Shown here in pieces: positions 1 through 13,699 of a stretch of DNA of 64,000 nt; positions within the stretch are counted from its first letter, which is position 1, and every line of letters begins with the position of its first letter. The notes under the pieces were generated by a model. That model was not told the origin of the DNA and searched no databases. It saw nothing but the letters and a program-made list of their open reading frames with translations. The DNA is taken from assembly GCF_006345805.1 (NCBI RefSeq), contig NC_042997.1, forward strand, positions 36,332,001-36,396,000. Direction: 5' to 3'. Origin of the DNA: Octopus sinensis (taxonomy: Eukaryota). A program made the translations under genes and the position numbers.

Positions 1-974
1 CTGCGTACATCCATACCGACATATGTCGGAGTGTGTGTGTGTGTGTGTTTGTGTGTTTGTGTGCGTATGTGTGGGTGTGTGATTGAGTGTGTATGTGTGT
101 GCGTTCGTGTGTGTGTCTGTGTGTTTTCTATAACCCATTCTTCTGTATGTTCTCGCAAATTATAAAGAAATGGAAACAAGCTGTATATCTTCTGTAGCAA
201 AGTGGGATGTAGTATGCTTAAATCAGAATGCAGTTGTACATACATTCACGCGAGTACGTACATAGCCATATACATGCAAACCTCCGTGTATGCGCGCGTG
301 TGTGTATGTGTGTGGGGAGGGGTGTATGTGTCTGCGCGGGTATGTCTTCCTTTTCACTCCACGTCAGCAATCAATACGAACGTCAGTTCGTGGTTTCGTT
401 AGTATTTATTTTTCTCTATCTTCTCCTAATCCCTTTATTTTCTTTGCTACAGTATAAATCGAAACACTCAATACTCTTCTCTTTCTTATTTGGTGTATTT
501 ATTTTCATTCTATAAAGTTTATGAGTTTTCGTGTTTTGTTTTATATCAGCATGATGTTTACTCGACTAAACTTGGGTATTGTTTTCTTGATTGTCTTATC
601 ATCTTTAAACTACCTTCCTTTCACTTTTATACTTATGAGCGCTTTCTCTAATATATGTAACGGTATGTGTGTGTATACATATATAGAGAAAGAATGAGAG
701 ATAGTGAGAGAGAAAGCAAGATAGAAAGAGAGATGCTAGATGTCTGTGTATATATACAGGCACACATACATATATGGGTATATCCATGTATATATGCACA
801 CAGAGGTATATGTATATATATATGTGTGTGTGTGTGTGAGTGTGTGTGAGTTTGTATGTAGGTATACTTAATATACATGTGTGCATACATGAATTTCAGC
901 ACATTTGTATGCACGCATGCATTTAGTAGTTTTAGTATACCTATATCTCCAAATTAATATATATTTATATATAC

Positions 975-1026
<52 letters not shown>

Positions 1027-1074
1027 ATTGGTGAATTGAAGAAATGGAGCTGAACGCAGATTGAACAGAAATCG

Positions 1075-1175
1075 TTTTATTTCATTCTACACGTGTTTCG
1101 AAAGGCACAAATTACCAAAATCCGATTGAATAATGGGACCATATTGTGTCTTTCTCTTCAGAAGTTTACTGCTGT
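1075..1175 (-). ncRNA. Degenerate hammerhead ribozyme motif (PLE terminal-repeat-like)
   Basis: Minus strand reads CTGAAGA (1161-1155); stem II GAAAGACACAA/TTGTGCCTTTC pairs at 10 of 11 positions; GAAAC-ACGT-GTA follows, then AATAAA. Stem I pairs poorly. Confidence 0.55.
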
Positions 1176-1274
1176 GATTTTTGCTACTAAGGTATCGGTT
1201 AAACTTTTGATTAATCTACTACAAGATTATTCATCTTTCTATTTCACATAATATATATATATATATTATATATA

Positions 1275-1319
<45 letters not shown>

Positions 1320-1362
1320 TATATACATATATATATAATATATATATATGTATGTATGTATG

Positions 1363-1393
<31 letters not shown>

Positions 1394-1764
1394 GCGTGTG
1401 TATACGTATATAACTATATAACTATATCTATATGTGTCTGTGTTGGACGAGGATGTGCATGTGTACACGCAACATTTGTTTATAATTATGTGTGACACTA
1501 GCGCACTTCAGTAGGGGGACGTTTTTATCAGTTATCACTGCTTTTAAGTTTATGCGTCTTCTATGCTTTCTTTCGAGATTCTGTTGGGTATATGAGGTTA
1601 TGTCTGAAAACTCATGCATGCCATTTGCTTCTATATGCTGTTGCATTTCATAATAATAATAATAAATAAATTTAAGAAAATACATGTCATTTACAATTAT
1701 GAAACACATAAAATTGTAACAATTAAAAAATAGTCCACTATAACTTCGTATGTATCATGACATA

Positions 1765-2127
1765 GTGGAGGCGCAGTGGCCCAGTGGTTAGGGCAGCGGA
1801 CTCGCGGTCGTAGGATCGCGGTATCGATTCCCAGACCGGGCGTTGTGAGTGTTTATTGAGCGAAAACACCTAAAGCTCCACGAGGTTCCGGCAGGGGATG
1901 GTGGTGATCCCTGCTGTACTCTTTCACCTCAACTTTCTCGCACTCTTACTTCCTCTTTCTGTTGTACCTGTATTTCACTCTATATGTCACGCTGAATATC
2001 CCCGAGAACTATGTTAAGGGTACACGTGTCTGTGGAGTGCTCAGCCACTTACACGTTAATTTCACGAGCAGGCTGTTCCGTTGATTCGGAACCCTCGTCG
2101 TCGTACCGATGGAGTAAGAGAGAGGGA
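1765..2127 (+). mobile_element. tRNA-derived SINE, family C, full length
   Basis: A box TGGCCCAGTGGTT and B box GGTATCGATTCC. 12-bp TSD TATCATGACATA at 1753-1764 and 2128-2139. Second copy at 23494-23883. Confidence 0.92.
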
Positions 2128-3780
2128 TATCATGACATATTTAATGCGAGTGTTCGAATTATATTCTAACTTCATTCCATACATTTTATGTGCATCTTTG
2201 CCCTACAGGCTTCAGATTTCTTAGGCTCATACACGCTCTCACCAAATATAGGAAATTGAACAAATTTAAGTAAATCCATTTATAACCCCAAGGAAACAAA
2301 TATACATTTTCTACTTCGTTATCCGTCACACATATCGCAGAACCTTTTAAAAGGGGGAGAGCAATTGTAATTAGTGCTTTATAAAAGCATTTGGAAATCA
2401 TATGGTGTAACTCTGTTTTATTAAAAGATGAAATGATCTCTTTCTCTTTCAGTAAAACTTTTTTTCTTTTTCTTTGTTCTACTGTTTTTTTACTGATATA
2501 ATGTAAATAGTGTTAAGGGTTTTGATTCTCTGTTACATCAACTCTGATTATTCCCTGCATTTAACGTTTTATATTCCCTGCTTAATTAATTCGTACAGTA
2601 ATAATAATTTATATTTATTTAATTACAACTCTAATTGACTTAATTACATAAAATTATCAGATGTCTCATATATCTCTTATTTTTCTCAATATATTTTCCC
2701 TTGTTTCCAACTTAACCATTTCATTTATAATTAAAGAGATTTCGCAAATAATACTCTCCTTACATATGGACTATAAACCTTATTTAGCATGATTTACTGG
2801 GAAACATGAAGCTGATTTCTCTTATATTAAGTATTATTTCTATCTTTCAAAGTTCGTTTTTAATGCTCCTTTTTTTTCCTTTTCGATATTACTTCTAGGA
2901 ATATAGTTGTAATTGTTACTACTGGGATTGATTGCTGAAACGAATGACACATTTCACGTTAAGAGAGTCTAATCAACTGAAATAGGGTACCGTTCACTGC
3001 TGACATAGAAGCAATGTTAAGCGGGATCGAGCGTGGCATTCACCAGTAGAGATAATTTTACTTGCCGGTGTCTACATATGCATCAAAATCCATGTGCATT
3101 CAGGTATGCATAATTTCATATATAGATAGATAAAAGATATCCGGCCGGATATTTGAGGAGGCGATAGATAGAAGATATATAGATGGATAGGTAGATAGAT
3201 AGATAGATACATACATACATACATAGATTCATACATACATAAAAGTACAGAAGTGGAACTATAAAAAATTGTAAAATTTTCTAGAAATTTATGATTTAAG
3301 TACATATGCGGATATCTACGCATGCAATGAAATGCATGAGAATACGTACATGAAATAATACATAAAAATCTATAGAAGCAGTTCCCAAATATTGCATATA
3401 AGCACACATACATGCAAAATTACAATGTTGACGTTGTTGAAATTCCTTGGCTCTAGTTTAGAAACCGGGTATTTCTCTATTAGTAAGAAATCTTGAAATA
3501 CATATTGCCGTATAGACACACTCACACACACACATCAACTTGTTTGTAGTGACTAATGTAACAGGTTTTTATGAATATATAAGTATTATGATTTCGAAAA
3601 CATTTATATGTTTTCCAAGTAATTATAAACCCACACTTTTCAATTTTAAAAATTATTATAGTTTCTATGTTAATATATTTCTCTATTTAATAATAGAGTA
3701 TTTTGTATACGGTTTGGAAATCTCCTTTATACTTTCCAGAAAAAATATTTATATACGTTACAAAAATTCCCTTTTAATGC

Positions 3781-3960
3781 TTTCAAATTTTGGCATAAGG
3801 CCAGCAATTTCAGGGAAGCGGATAGGTTGATTGCATTGATACCGGTACTTATTTTATCCCCACCCTGCGAAAGGGTTGAAGACAACTTCAATCTCGGCGA
3901 AATTTCAACGCAGAACAGGTTGCGAGATATGCTACGAAACATTTTTCCCGATGCGCTAAA
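3781..3960 (-). mobile_element. SINE family A, degenerate
   Basis: Diverged match to 4302-4531. Confidence 0.7.
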
Positions 3961-4301
3961 TATTGTAAAAGCTTGGTGCATTTCAAACAGAAATAATAGA
4001 ACCTTCGTAGAAATAGAGAAAAATGTCACGCTTTCCCATGGTACTTTATACAGTGAAACAGCAAGCTTAACACGCGGTTACTCCCTGCTAGGATTAACAT
4101 CCGAATCATCATCTTACCTTAGGCTTCTTACTAAATAGTAAAATATCCAAGTATGTGCGTATAAATGGAAGCTTGGAAGTACATTTACACATACATATTA
4201 TATGTGTGTATGTGTGTGTGTGTATAAATATATGTCTCATATGTATGTGTATAAATATATATACGCACACACACACACACACACTCATGTATATATATAT
4301 A

Positions 4302-4531
4302 TTTCTTTACTTCCCACAAGGGGCTAAACATAGAGGGTACAAACAAGGACAGACAAAGGGATTAAGTCGATTACATAGACCCCAGTGCGAAACTGGTACT
4401 TTATTTATCGACCCCGAAAGGATGAAAGGCAAAGTCGACCTCGGCGGAATTTGAACTCAGAACGCAACGGCAGACGAAAAACGGCTACGCATTTCGCCCG
4501 GCGTGCTAACGTTTCTGCCAGCTCGCCGCCT
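4302..4531 (-). mobile_element. tRNA-derived SINE, family A, full length
   Basis: A/B boxes plus central GCCGAGGTCGACTTTGCCTTTCATCCTTTCGGGGTCGATAAA, which resembles the Meta/Sauria-SINE domain as recalled. Probable TSD TCATGTATATATA at 4285-4297 and 4533-4545. Confidence 0.9.
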
Positions 4532-4831
4532 TTCATGTATATATAGAGCGCTATACATATGCATGCAGACACACACACACAGACGCACACAGATATATAT
4601 ATATATATATATTTACATAGCACATATATATTTATATAGCACATATATATTTGTTTTACGGTACAAGAGGTGTGTACATACATAAAACAATTAAAAGCTC
4701 TCTGGAAATGTCATAACATTACAATCTACCCATGAGGCTTGATTTACTGTCCAGAACTAATGTACAACACTATCCGTAGAAAGATTAGTCCAGAAATCCT
4801 CCATATAATCTGCAGTTGAGCAAAAGCCTGA

Positions 4832-4918
<87 letters not shown>

Positions 4919-5444
4919 TACGATACGACCACGCACATGCTCACACAACACAATGAAGAAATAACAGCGGAATGTATTTAGTAAAACAACCACGAAATAC
5001 AAACATTTCTGGATGGACGTCGAACGAAAATCGTGCGCTCTGATGGAAGTCAATTGTCGAGTAAACGTTAACATCAAATCAAGAATAAATGAATGGAAAT
5101 TACCAATGGAGTACTAATGAGAAATCTACAAATTCTACACGCCGACTATGTGTTGAAATTTAAAACTCTAATCATGGGGGATTTCGATTATTCAACTAAA
5201 TTCTGCAAACAAGAAAGCACAGGAATAAGAATTTGAAGCTATTACATAAAATATTTCGCGTCAAAGTGATACATGTATTTAACAGGCACACACCTACACG
5301 CTAGTGTGAACGTGCGCACACATAGGCCTATACGAACACATACATATGCAGAGACACACTACTACATGAAATTTTGCATGCGTGCATGCGCGCATATACA
5401 CACACACACATACACACACACATACAAACAAACACACTCATATA

Positions 5445-6020
5445 CACACGAGGTGATATATGGACGTGCCCGCACTAGTTATGTAGCGCGGCAATGGATG
5501 GTAATATACGGTTGCGTGCGCAGTGAGAGATAGCGGTGACCTTCATGAGGCAGTGTGCTGAGTGACATGTCTGCGTTTACTTCGCAAGTTGGGCAATTTG
5601 TGTATCTCTGAGAGGAAATTGGAACAAAGAACCATCGTGAAATTTTGCGTTAAACATGGGAAGTCTGCTACAGACACATTGAATAAGCTTCAGTCTTCAC
5701 AAAGGAAGAACACTTCAGTTCCACCACCGAAGAAAGCACGGCAGAGCCGCAGTTCGATCAAGAGCATGTTCATGCTTTTTTTTGTTTGTTTTTTACATCT
5801 GCCGTATTGTGCATCGAGTATTCGTCTCCCAAGGCCAGACTGTCAATCGAGAGTTCTACTGCGTTGTATTTAAGAGATTGAGGGAAGACATTCGGCGAAA
5901 GCGACCGGATCTGAGGAGCGCAAAGTAGTGTTGTCCACGACGACAATGCAAACTGTCACCGCGAGTTGCTTGCCAAACTCAACAAGGCAAAGCTTCTGCG
6001 CCTGTCCGAGCTCTTTTTGA
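5445..6020 (+). mobile_element. Mariner (Tc1/mariner) transposon remnant, internally deleted
   Basis: HTH fragment LEQRTIVKFCVKHGKSATDTLNKLQ is joined to PPPKKARQSRSSIKSMFMLFF, then IVHRVFVSQGQTVNREFYCVVFKRLREDIRRKRPDL and HDDNA. Ends are approximate. Confidence 0.88.
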
Positions 6021-6713
6021 TATCATCAAGTATACATATACATATATAAATATATAAAAGCACACGGGTGTTGTGCTATTAAATTAGACAGTTTTGCAAC
6101 AAGCATATATGTTTACCAAAGTTTAACTAGGTACACATACACACTTGTACAGGCATATGTGTGTAGTATGTGTGTAAGTGTGTGTGCATGTGCCTGCATG
6201 TGTGTGTTAATATAAACAGAACATGCGATCCATCTGCTGCGGAAAGAAACATGTGTGGCGAGAAAGAGAGAGTGAGAAATAAGGAAAGGAAGAGAAGGGG
6301 AGAGAAAAGAGAGAGGGACAGAGATTGTGAGACAGAGACAGAGACAGAGAGAAATGAATACCTTTGCAAATTTGACTTTCTCAAACGTTTCTACGAATGA
6401 AATGACTTCCTGCTATTCATCCTGTAAGTTGACTCAGCACACATACGCGGACAGAAAGTTATATTTTAACTCCGCAATAATGAAATTCATAACTACCACG
6501 TATAATTTCAAAAGATACTTTTCTTTAATGAGAATAAAATGTATACATTATCACAATGCAAGAAAGGGTCAGAAACAAAAAGAAACACAGATTTATTGAT
6601 AGCGTGAAATGTAAGCACATTCACATAGAATATGGGATGGTGCCCTTTCAATAAAATTATTATTTGAAGACAAAGAATCGAAGAATTATACAATTACAGC
6701 GAAGTGTACTTAC

Positions 6714-6759
6714 ACGCACAGCTTGATAAAACAAATACGCAAAAGTACCTTGGGCTTCA
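6714..6759 (-). CDS. Candidate short exon (46 nt)
   Basis: TTTTTTAAATTTTCTTAG acceptor and T|GTAAGTA donor. Open as EAQGTFAYLFYQAVR (phase 2 to 0). Confidence 0.3.
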
Positions 6760-9700
6760 CTAAGAAAATTTAAAAAACCCTCGTGTTTAACAGCTAGGAA
6801 TATAATGCTCGGTTCAATCCCACTCTGTAAACATACTGGTTGCCATCAATTTACGTTTGTGAGATAGTGACAATAAAGGAAAATGGACCAGGGAGTAAAT
6901 GTATGAAGGTAGAGAAAATAGAGAATGATTTTGAAGATAATAGGGAATTAATATCGTGTCAATGTGTCCATGAAGCAATTTCACCTGAATAGAATTAATT
7001 CTCTGGTGTTGAAATATCCATTTTTAAGAACCCCAGCCCATTTTCATATTCTTGATTATATCCATCTTTTTCATTCCTCCTCGGCTCCATTTTTCTTACT
7101 CTACTTTCGCTTTCTTTCCTAGTTTTCTCCTGCGATATTTACTTATTTATTTCTTTATTTCTTTTCTTTTCTCCATCATATTTCCTTTCGATTCTGTTTT
7201 ATTTCTATCAACATACATATCAAAAGTGTCTGTGTGGAATTGTATGGCTTGACTATGTAGTCATGTCGGTTTCATTTCATGCATATTTTAGCATATTCTA
7301 AAACAAATAAATATATTTTTTCAATTACGTTCTTGCAAGTATAAAGAACATCTTAGCCAGCTATGGAAGCTGCGTCAGAAATTCAACTCCATGATTTTTT
7401 TTCCTATAAAAAACTGAGTTACTGATTATGTCAAACAAACAAGAACAAGAGCTGCTTCCATCATGATCTGCTGAACGGTATCTGTCATCCACATCACAGA
7501 CACAAGAAACGATTCAACCGAAATTACAGTACTGCTTGCCAATTCATATATGGGAAGCCAAAGCATTCGACGTATCGCCATTGCTAAATCTAATCTATAG
7601 AGATCTCAATAAGTTATGAAGTCGAATCTTTAATATAATTCTCGCTACTTCAATGATATATATTAAGGCACGTTATTCTTTCATTTGTTCACATTTTGCT
7701 AATTCATCGTAATTTCGTTTCGTTTCTTTTCATTATTCGTTTCTTTTCGTCTCTTTTCATTATTTCTAAACATTATCTGAATTATATTAGTTTCTACTTT
7801 GTGAGTTTGCATTTTTGTATATTCTTCCATGCACTGATGTTATGTTCGTTTATGCCCGCCATCACAGCCGTTACACAGTAAGCTGTTACAAAGTGGCTTA
7901 TTCACCTTTTTTTTAGCCGTTCTAACATATTATTGCCTTTTCATACAATGCATCAATTTCGTTAAAGTGCGATGGAAAAATGTTTATCGACTTGATAGAC
8001 AGCACACCGAAGTGCTTTGATATATACTTACATTTTTTGAGCTTTGATATTTACCTACGTCTCATATTTCACACCCATATTTATCTCTATCTTCCCAATG
8101 TGTTGTTTTGATATTATCCCATAAACATCATCTATTGATATCCGTTAAAGCGCCAACGAATTACATGAGTTTGTAACAACATTAAAAATTGTCAAGAACG
8201 TTTAATTTCTCCAGGCATTTAAAATAAATAGCTTTATAGTTTGAGATTAACCAAAGTAGTTACTAGAATCTTAACTACATCATGTTTATATATTTGTTTA
8301 TTAAATTCATATATACGCTCGAGAAAATTTCTATCTAGAATCTGCAACAACTAATTATCTTCATTCACTCTTTCATACGTTCTGAAAATTTAAACAAAAT
8401 CTTAAAAATGTATGTAGACCAGGAGGCTTAAGAAATTATCAGCCGATGATTAATGTTAATCGTGCCAACTTGCCGATGTGTAAAAAATATAGAAATATTC
8501 CTCCGATTTGTAAATATGGTGTTATATGAACTTGAAAGATAGGAAGCCATCTTGCATGAATAATACGGTTTAGTGCCGAGAAAAACAGAGAATATACTCA
8601 AAATCTACATTTGAAACATATGCTCCACACTACAAATAACATATTATAAACCCGCACTGGTGTACTCAGACACTTCTGGATCAAGTCAAAAATCGTTGAA
8701 ACTCGTTAGATGTCTAAATATCTAACTCAATTTCATTTTTTCATTTCTAACGCTGCTTTGATTTTTGGAAAGTAAAGGAAGTGCAAATATCACAACACAT
8801 ATTTTAAACGTTGCTTCGTATATGTACATGGCCTTAATCACAAGAAACCAGTAATAATTAAGATGGTTAAATTGTGGCGTATCGAACTACAAAATATATT
8901 CTCGTGGGTAATTAGAAGACAAAATAACAGCTAAATTATTGAAGCATCGATAGTCGTGTCCTGCCATACGCTCCATGTTATGCACTAGTACAGAGCCCTT
9001 CTGTTTTCAGATCTGTCAGTATTTATTTCAAGTATGCACGATGTGGTTTCAAGTTGCTTTTACTCTACAAAATCGAACTTGCTACCAGCTGACTGTTGGA
9101 CTGTTAACTTATTCAAATTAGACGTAACCATCAAAAATTTTACATTATAATTGTCAACAAGGAGCTGATGACATTTTTCCAATAAGCACTCAAAAACCTG
9201 ACAATAACTAAAATATCACGAATGACAAAAATATTGGTTCAAATATCCAATAGTAAACAAAATAATCTAATGTAAAATCCCAGAATATAAATGTTAATGT
9301 CGTTTCTTATTTTAGATTCCAATATAACTTCACATCAAATAATTAAAATCCCTGAAAATCTATGAAGTTCACAACACCTCATTATGCACCAATAACACAT
9401 GATTTTTTTCTCCTTTTCTATTAAGTTAAGTCAAATAGTTCGAAAAATTTATTGAAAAAGGAATAAGGTTATGCGCCGGTAGACTCGCATCTATTGCCAG
9501 AATAAGTATTTTACGTTATATTGATTAATATCTTTGCAAAAGGTAGAGATAGCACTAAAAATGACATCGCAGATTTTACATATCTTAATATTTATTCCTC
9601 TATAAAACTATAAATTTCCACAAGAAAATTTGGTGGAATTGTGTTTCATTTATGCCACTTCAGTAAGAAAAAAAAATTCAACTGCTGCAATTACTTATGA

Positions 9701-10688
9701 CTTAGAAATCATTATTAATTCCACTGAAAATAGACGAAATTACAGAATCAAAGCGCATCATTTATTGCTTGTCTTAAAATAGATCTGCCTAATCAAAGAA
9801 CAGTAAACCGAAATTTGAGAGTGAGTTTGAAAATGGTAAGGTGAATCATAATTTTAGATTTGAATAATAGCAGTTAATTATTGTAGCATTAGGGAATTTG
9901 ACTAGGATGATTACGATTGAATGAATAATTAGCTTTTGAATAAAATTGAATAAACAGTAAGTTTATACTGCTCTGTGAATGAAAGGATCCTCCGTCAGCA
10001 AAAAAATAGAAAAATAAAAAAATAAAACAATAGTAGAAATATACAATTTTGAAAACGTGCTCGTTTTTTATCGTTTAATTTTGACAAGCAGAAGAAACTT
10101 TTTAAAGGTCTTTTCTTCCCCAATTCTTTCTTTGAACTCTTCTTTTCTAATAATATAAACGAGGATACCAGGAAATACTTTTAACAAATCTTTAGATACG
10201 ATGATGAAAACAAAAGGAATTGAACACCGTTCAAATAAGAAATAAAAAAGAGGTTCTGATAAAAGGAACAGGAATTTTAAAGAAATTTACAGAAGAGATG
10301 AGTATTGTAGTGCATTTTGCAGAGGATACACACGACGTTTATACGTAAGTGTGTGAATGTTTGTGTGAGTGTGTGTGTGAATGTGAGGGTGTGTGTTTGT
10401 GTGTGTGTGTATGTGTAAGCGAGCGGCATTGTATATGTGTCGTCCTGTTTGCATCGTAGTCAGTGACAGTGATGAGTGGTGAGGTTACAGATAAGCAGGT
10501 AAAGACTGTCGCAATGTTAATTGGAGCAACAGAACACAACAAAAGATGAAAAAAAAAGTATGATGGGGAAAAGATGACAAACGTCACTATTTGAAAGGGT
10601 AACAGGGGAAAAAAACTAGCTTTAGAAATAAAATCTATCAGTCCTAAGTTTACTAGTACTTTAAGTCTGTGTAAGTATAAAAGAAGGC

Positions 10689-10723
<35 letters not shown>

Positions 10724-10730
10724 CAGAGAG

Positions 10731-10770
<40 letters not shown>

Positions 10771-10793
10771 GGATAGATATACATATATATAAA

Positions 10794-10849
<56 letters not shown>

Positions 10850-10890
10850 GTACACATATAGATATAGAGAGATTGACAGATAGATAAAAT

Positions 10891-10947
<57 letters not shown>

Positions 10948-11427
10948 CATAGACAAATAGATGTGAGCGTATGTTTTTTTGCATATCTCTGCAATGCTAG
11001 AATGGTATACTTTATATTGTGTTTTAGTCCTTACATCTCTCATAATGTGTTTTATCTATTGTCGCAGTTAATTATAATTTCTTTTCTTTTTTTCCCCCTT
11101 TTCTTTTTGAATTATCTGAGACAATACTTAATGAAACGAACCGACAAAACCGTCATCCACATAGACAATTGTTGTCTCAAGATAGTAAAATAGAGAGGAA
11201 TTATAAGAAATCGATATCTTCAATATCAGCTGGTCAGTGTCACGCAGACTTCACTCAGGATATTTGAATTTGTTAGTTGTATATTTGGCTAAAATTAAAA
11301 TATAATACATAATGAGATATCTTCATTGTTGGAAGAGATGAATGAAAGCTGTGTGCGACTAGAGAAAAATGAAATACATATTGTTCAAGTCACATGCAAA
11401 AACCGAAGACTTAATATTGAAAGGATT

Positions 11428-11463
<36 letters not shown>

Positions 11464-11527
11464 GTCATCGTCGTCGTCATTATCATCATTACTATGATTA
11501 GTAGTATTAGTAGTAGTTGTTGTTGCA

Positions 11528-11746
11528 AGGTGGTAAGCTGGCAGCATCGTTAGCACGCCGGGTAAAATGCTTAGCAGTATTTTGCCCGTCGCCCCGTTCT
11601 GAATTCATATTCTGCCGAGGTCGACTTTGCTTTTTATCCTTTCAGGGTCGATAAATTAAGTAGCAGTGAAACCCTAGTGTCACTGTATTCGACTGGACCC
11701 CTTCCCCCAAATTTGAGGTCTTCTGCCTCAAGTAAAAATGATTATT
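11528..11746 (+). mobile_element. SINE family A
   Basis: TGGCAGCATCGTTAGC head and GAGGTCGACTTTGC core. Confidence 0.85.
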
Positions 11747-11769
11747 ATTAGTAGTATTATAACTACTAG

Positions 11770-11963
11770 TTGGTGGAACCGTTAGGACGCGGGGCATAAT
11801 GCTTTACGTAATTTCGTCCGTTTTTACGCTCTGAGTTCAAATGCTGTCCAGGTCGACTTTGTCTTTCAGTCTCTCGGGGTCGATTAAATAAGTACCTGTT
11901 GAATAGTGAGGTCGATGTAATAGACTCACCCGAATCTATTGGTCTTTTGCCAAAGTTTGAAAG
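11770..11963 (+). mobile_element. SINE family A, tandem neighbour
   Basis: CTGAGTTCAAAT B box and AGGTCGACTTTG core. Confidence 0.85.
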
Positions 11964-12193
11964 AGATTCCACTGTTTCTGCCTTAATACGAAGGTTGTAA
12001 AACTTTGCTACTTTAAACTTTAACACACTTCACTTTCAAGCTTCAGGCTGTTGATGGTGAAGTAGCTTTTCTCTCCATTTTCCTTTATCATATTCTGCAG
12101 TCTTGTTTTCACCTTTTATTTATTTTGCATATATACATACATACATGTACATACCTACATATATAAGTTTATGAAAGAATGGAGTAGAACGAC

Positions 12194-12441
12194 TTGTTAA
12201 CAAATTTCCTTTATTTTCGGCATATGTTTCGAAGGCTGCATATTCCTAATTCCGAAGGAATAAGGAGTACATTATGCAGATTTCTCATCAGGAAAGGCAA
12301 GGAACTTATGTCGACATCAAAATGCAAAAGTTCCTTGCCTTTCCTGATGAGAAATCTGCATAATGTACTCCTTATTCCTTCGGAATTAGGAATATGCAGC
12401 CTTCGAAACATATGTCGAAAATAAAGGAAATTTGTTAACAA
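12194..12441. repeat. Near-perfect inverted repeat: 114-bp arms (12194-12307, 12328-12441) with a 20-nt spacer
   Basis: The arms are reverse complements with one mismatch (GGC vs GTC at the ribozyme cleavage triplet). Confidence 0.97.
12327..12433 (+). ncRNA. Type-I minimal hammerhead ribozyme motif, Penelope-like-element type
   Basis: Core CTGATGA at 12344-12350. Stem II: GAA/TTC plus CTGCATA/TATGCAG, capped by an ATTCC-TTC-GGAAT hairpin. GAAAC-ATAT-GTC at 12405-12416 gives a palindromic helix III and a GUC cleavage triplet. Stem I: TTTC/GAAA, 3x3 loop, TTCCTT/AAGGAA. AATAAA lies directly 3'. Confidence 0.8.
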
Positions 12442-13130
<689 letters not shown>

Positions 13131-13386
13131 CAAAGAGAAAGAGTGAGAGAGACAGAGAGAGGCAACGGTGAAGGGGAGAGGGGAAGAATAGGGAAAGGCT
13201 GGGAGAGAAAAATAGAAAGGAAGAAGAACAAGAGAGACAGATATAGATAAAAAAAGTAGAGATAGAATAAGAGTGCGCATAAGTCTTAAGATAAAACTTT
13301 CTTGGAAATAGATGCATGCTATTCCATCATATAATAATATAAATAATATATAAATATATGCATATATATATACACACATACACACA

Positions 13387-13441
<55 letters not shown>

Positions 13442-13699
13442 TGAATTTAAAATCATTCTTATAGACGATATTGTTTATATTTTGTCCATAGCACCTGTCC
13501 CACACGATGATATGTTGAACTAGACGTAGGCAGAAAAGTAGGGAGCGTAAAGCGTACTCTTCCAAAATCATATTCATCTGCGTCGTGTATTGGTTTTAAT
13601 GTGTTTTTTTCTCCACTGTGCAATATTATATTAGATTTGCATTTGCTCATGTCACGATGCTAATTATCAGCTTCTCCATTCATGTGGAATAACTCTGAT

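Noticed and set aside
1765-1840. tRNA-like A/B boxes; also at SINE family A, B and E heads
   Set aside because: No complete cloverleaf, and each continues into a SINE body, so these are not tRNA genes.
2186-2401. Exon-like segments on both strands (for example FRFLRLIHAL, reminiscent of a channel S4 helix)
   Set aside because: Competing weak predictions on opposite strands; such short patterns are expected by chance in AT-rich DNA.
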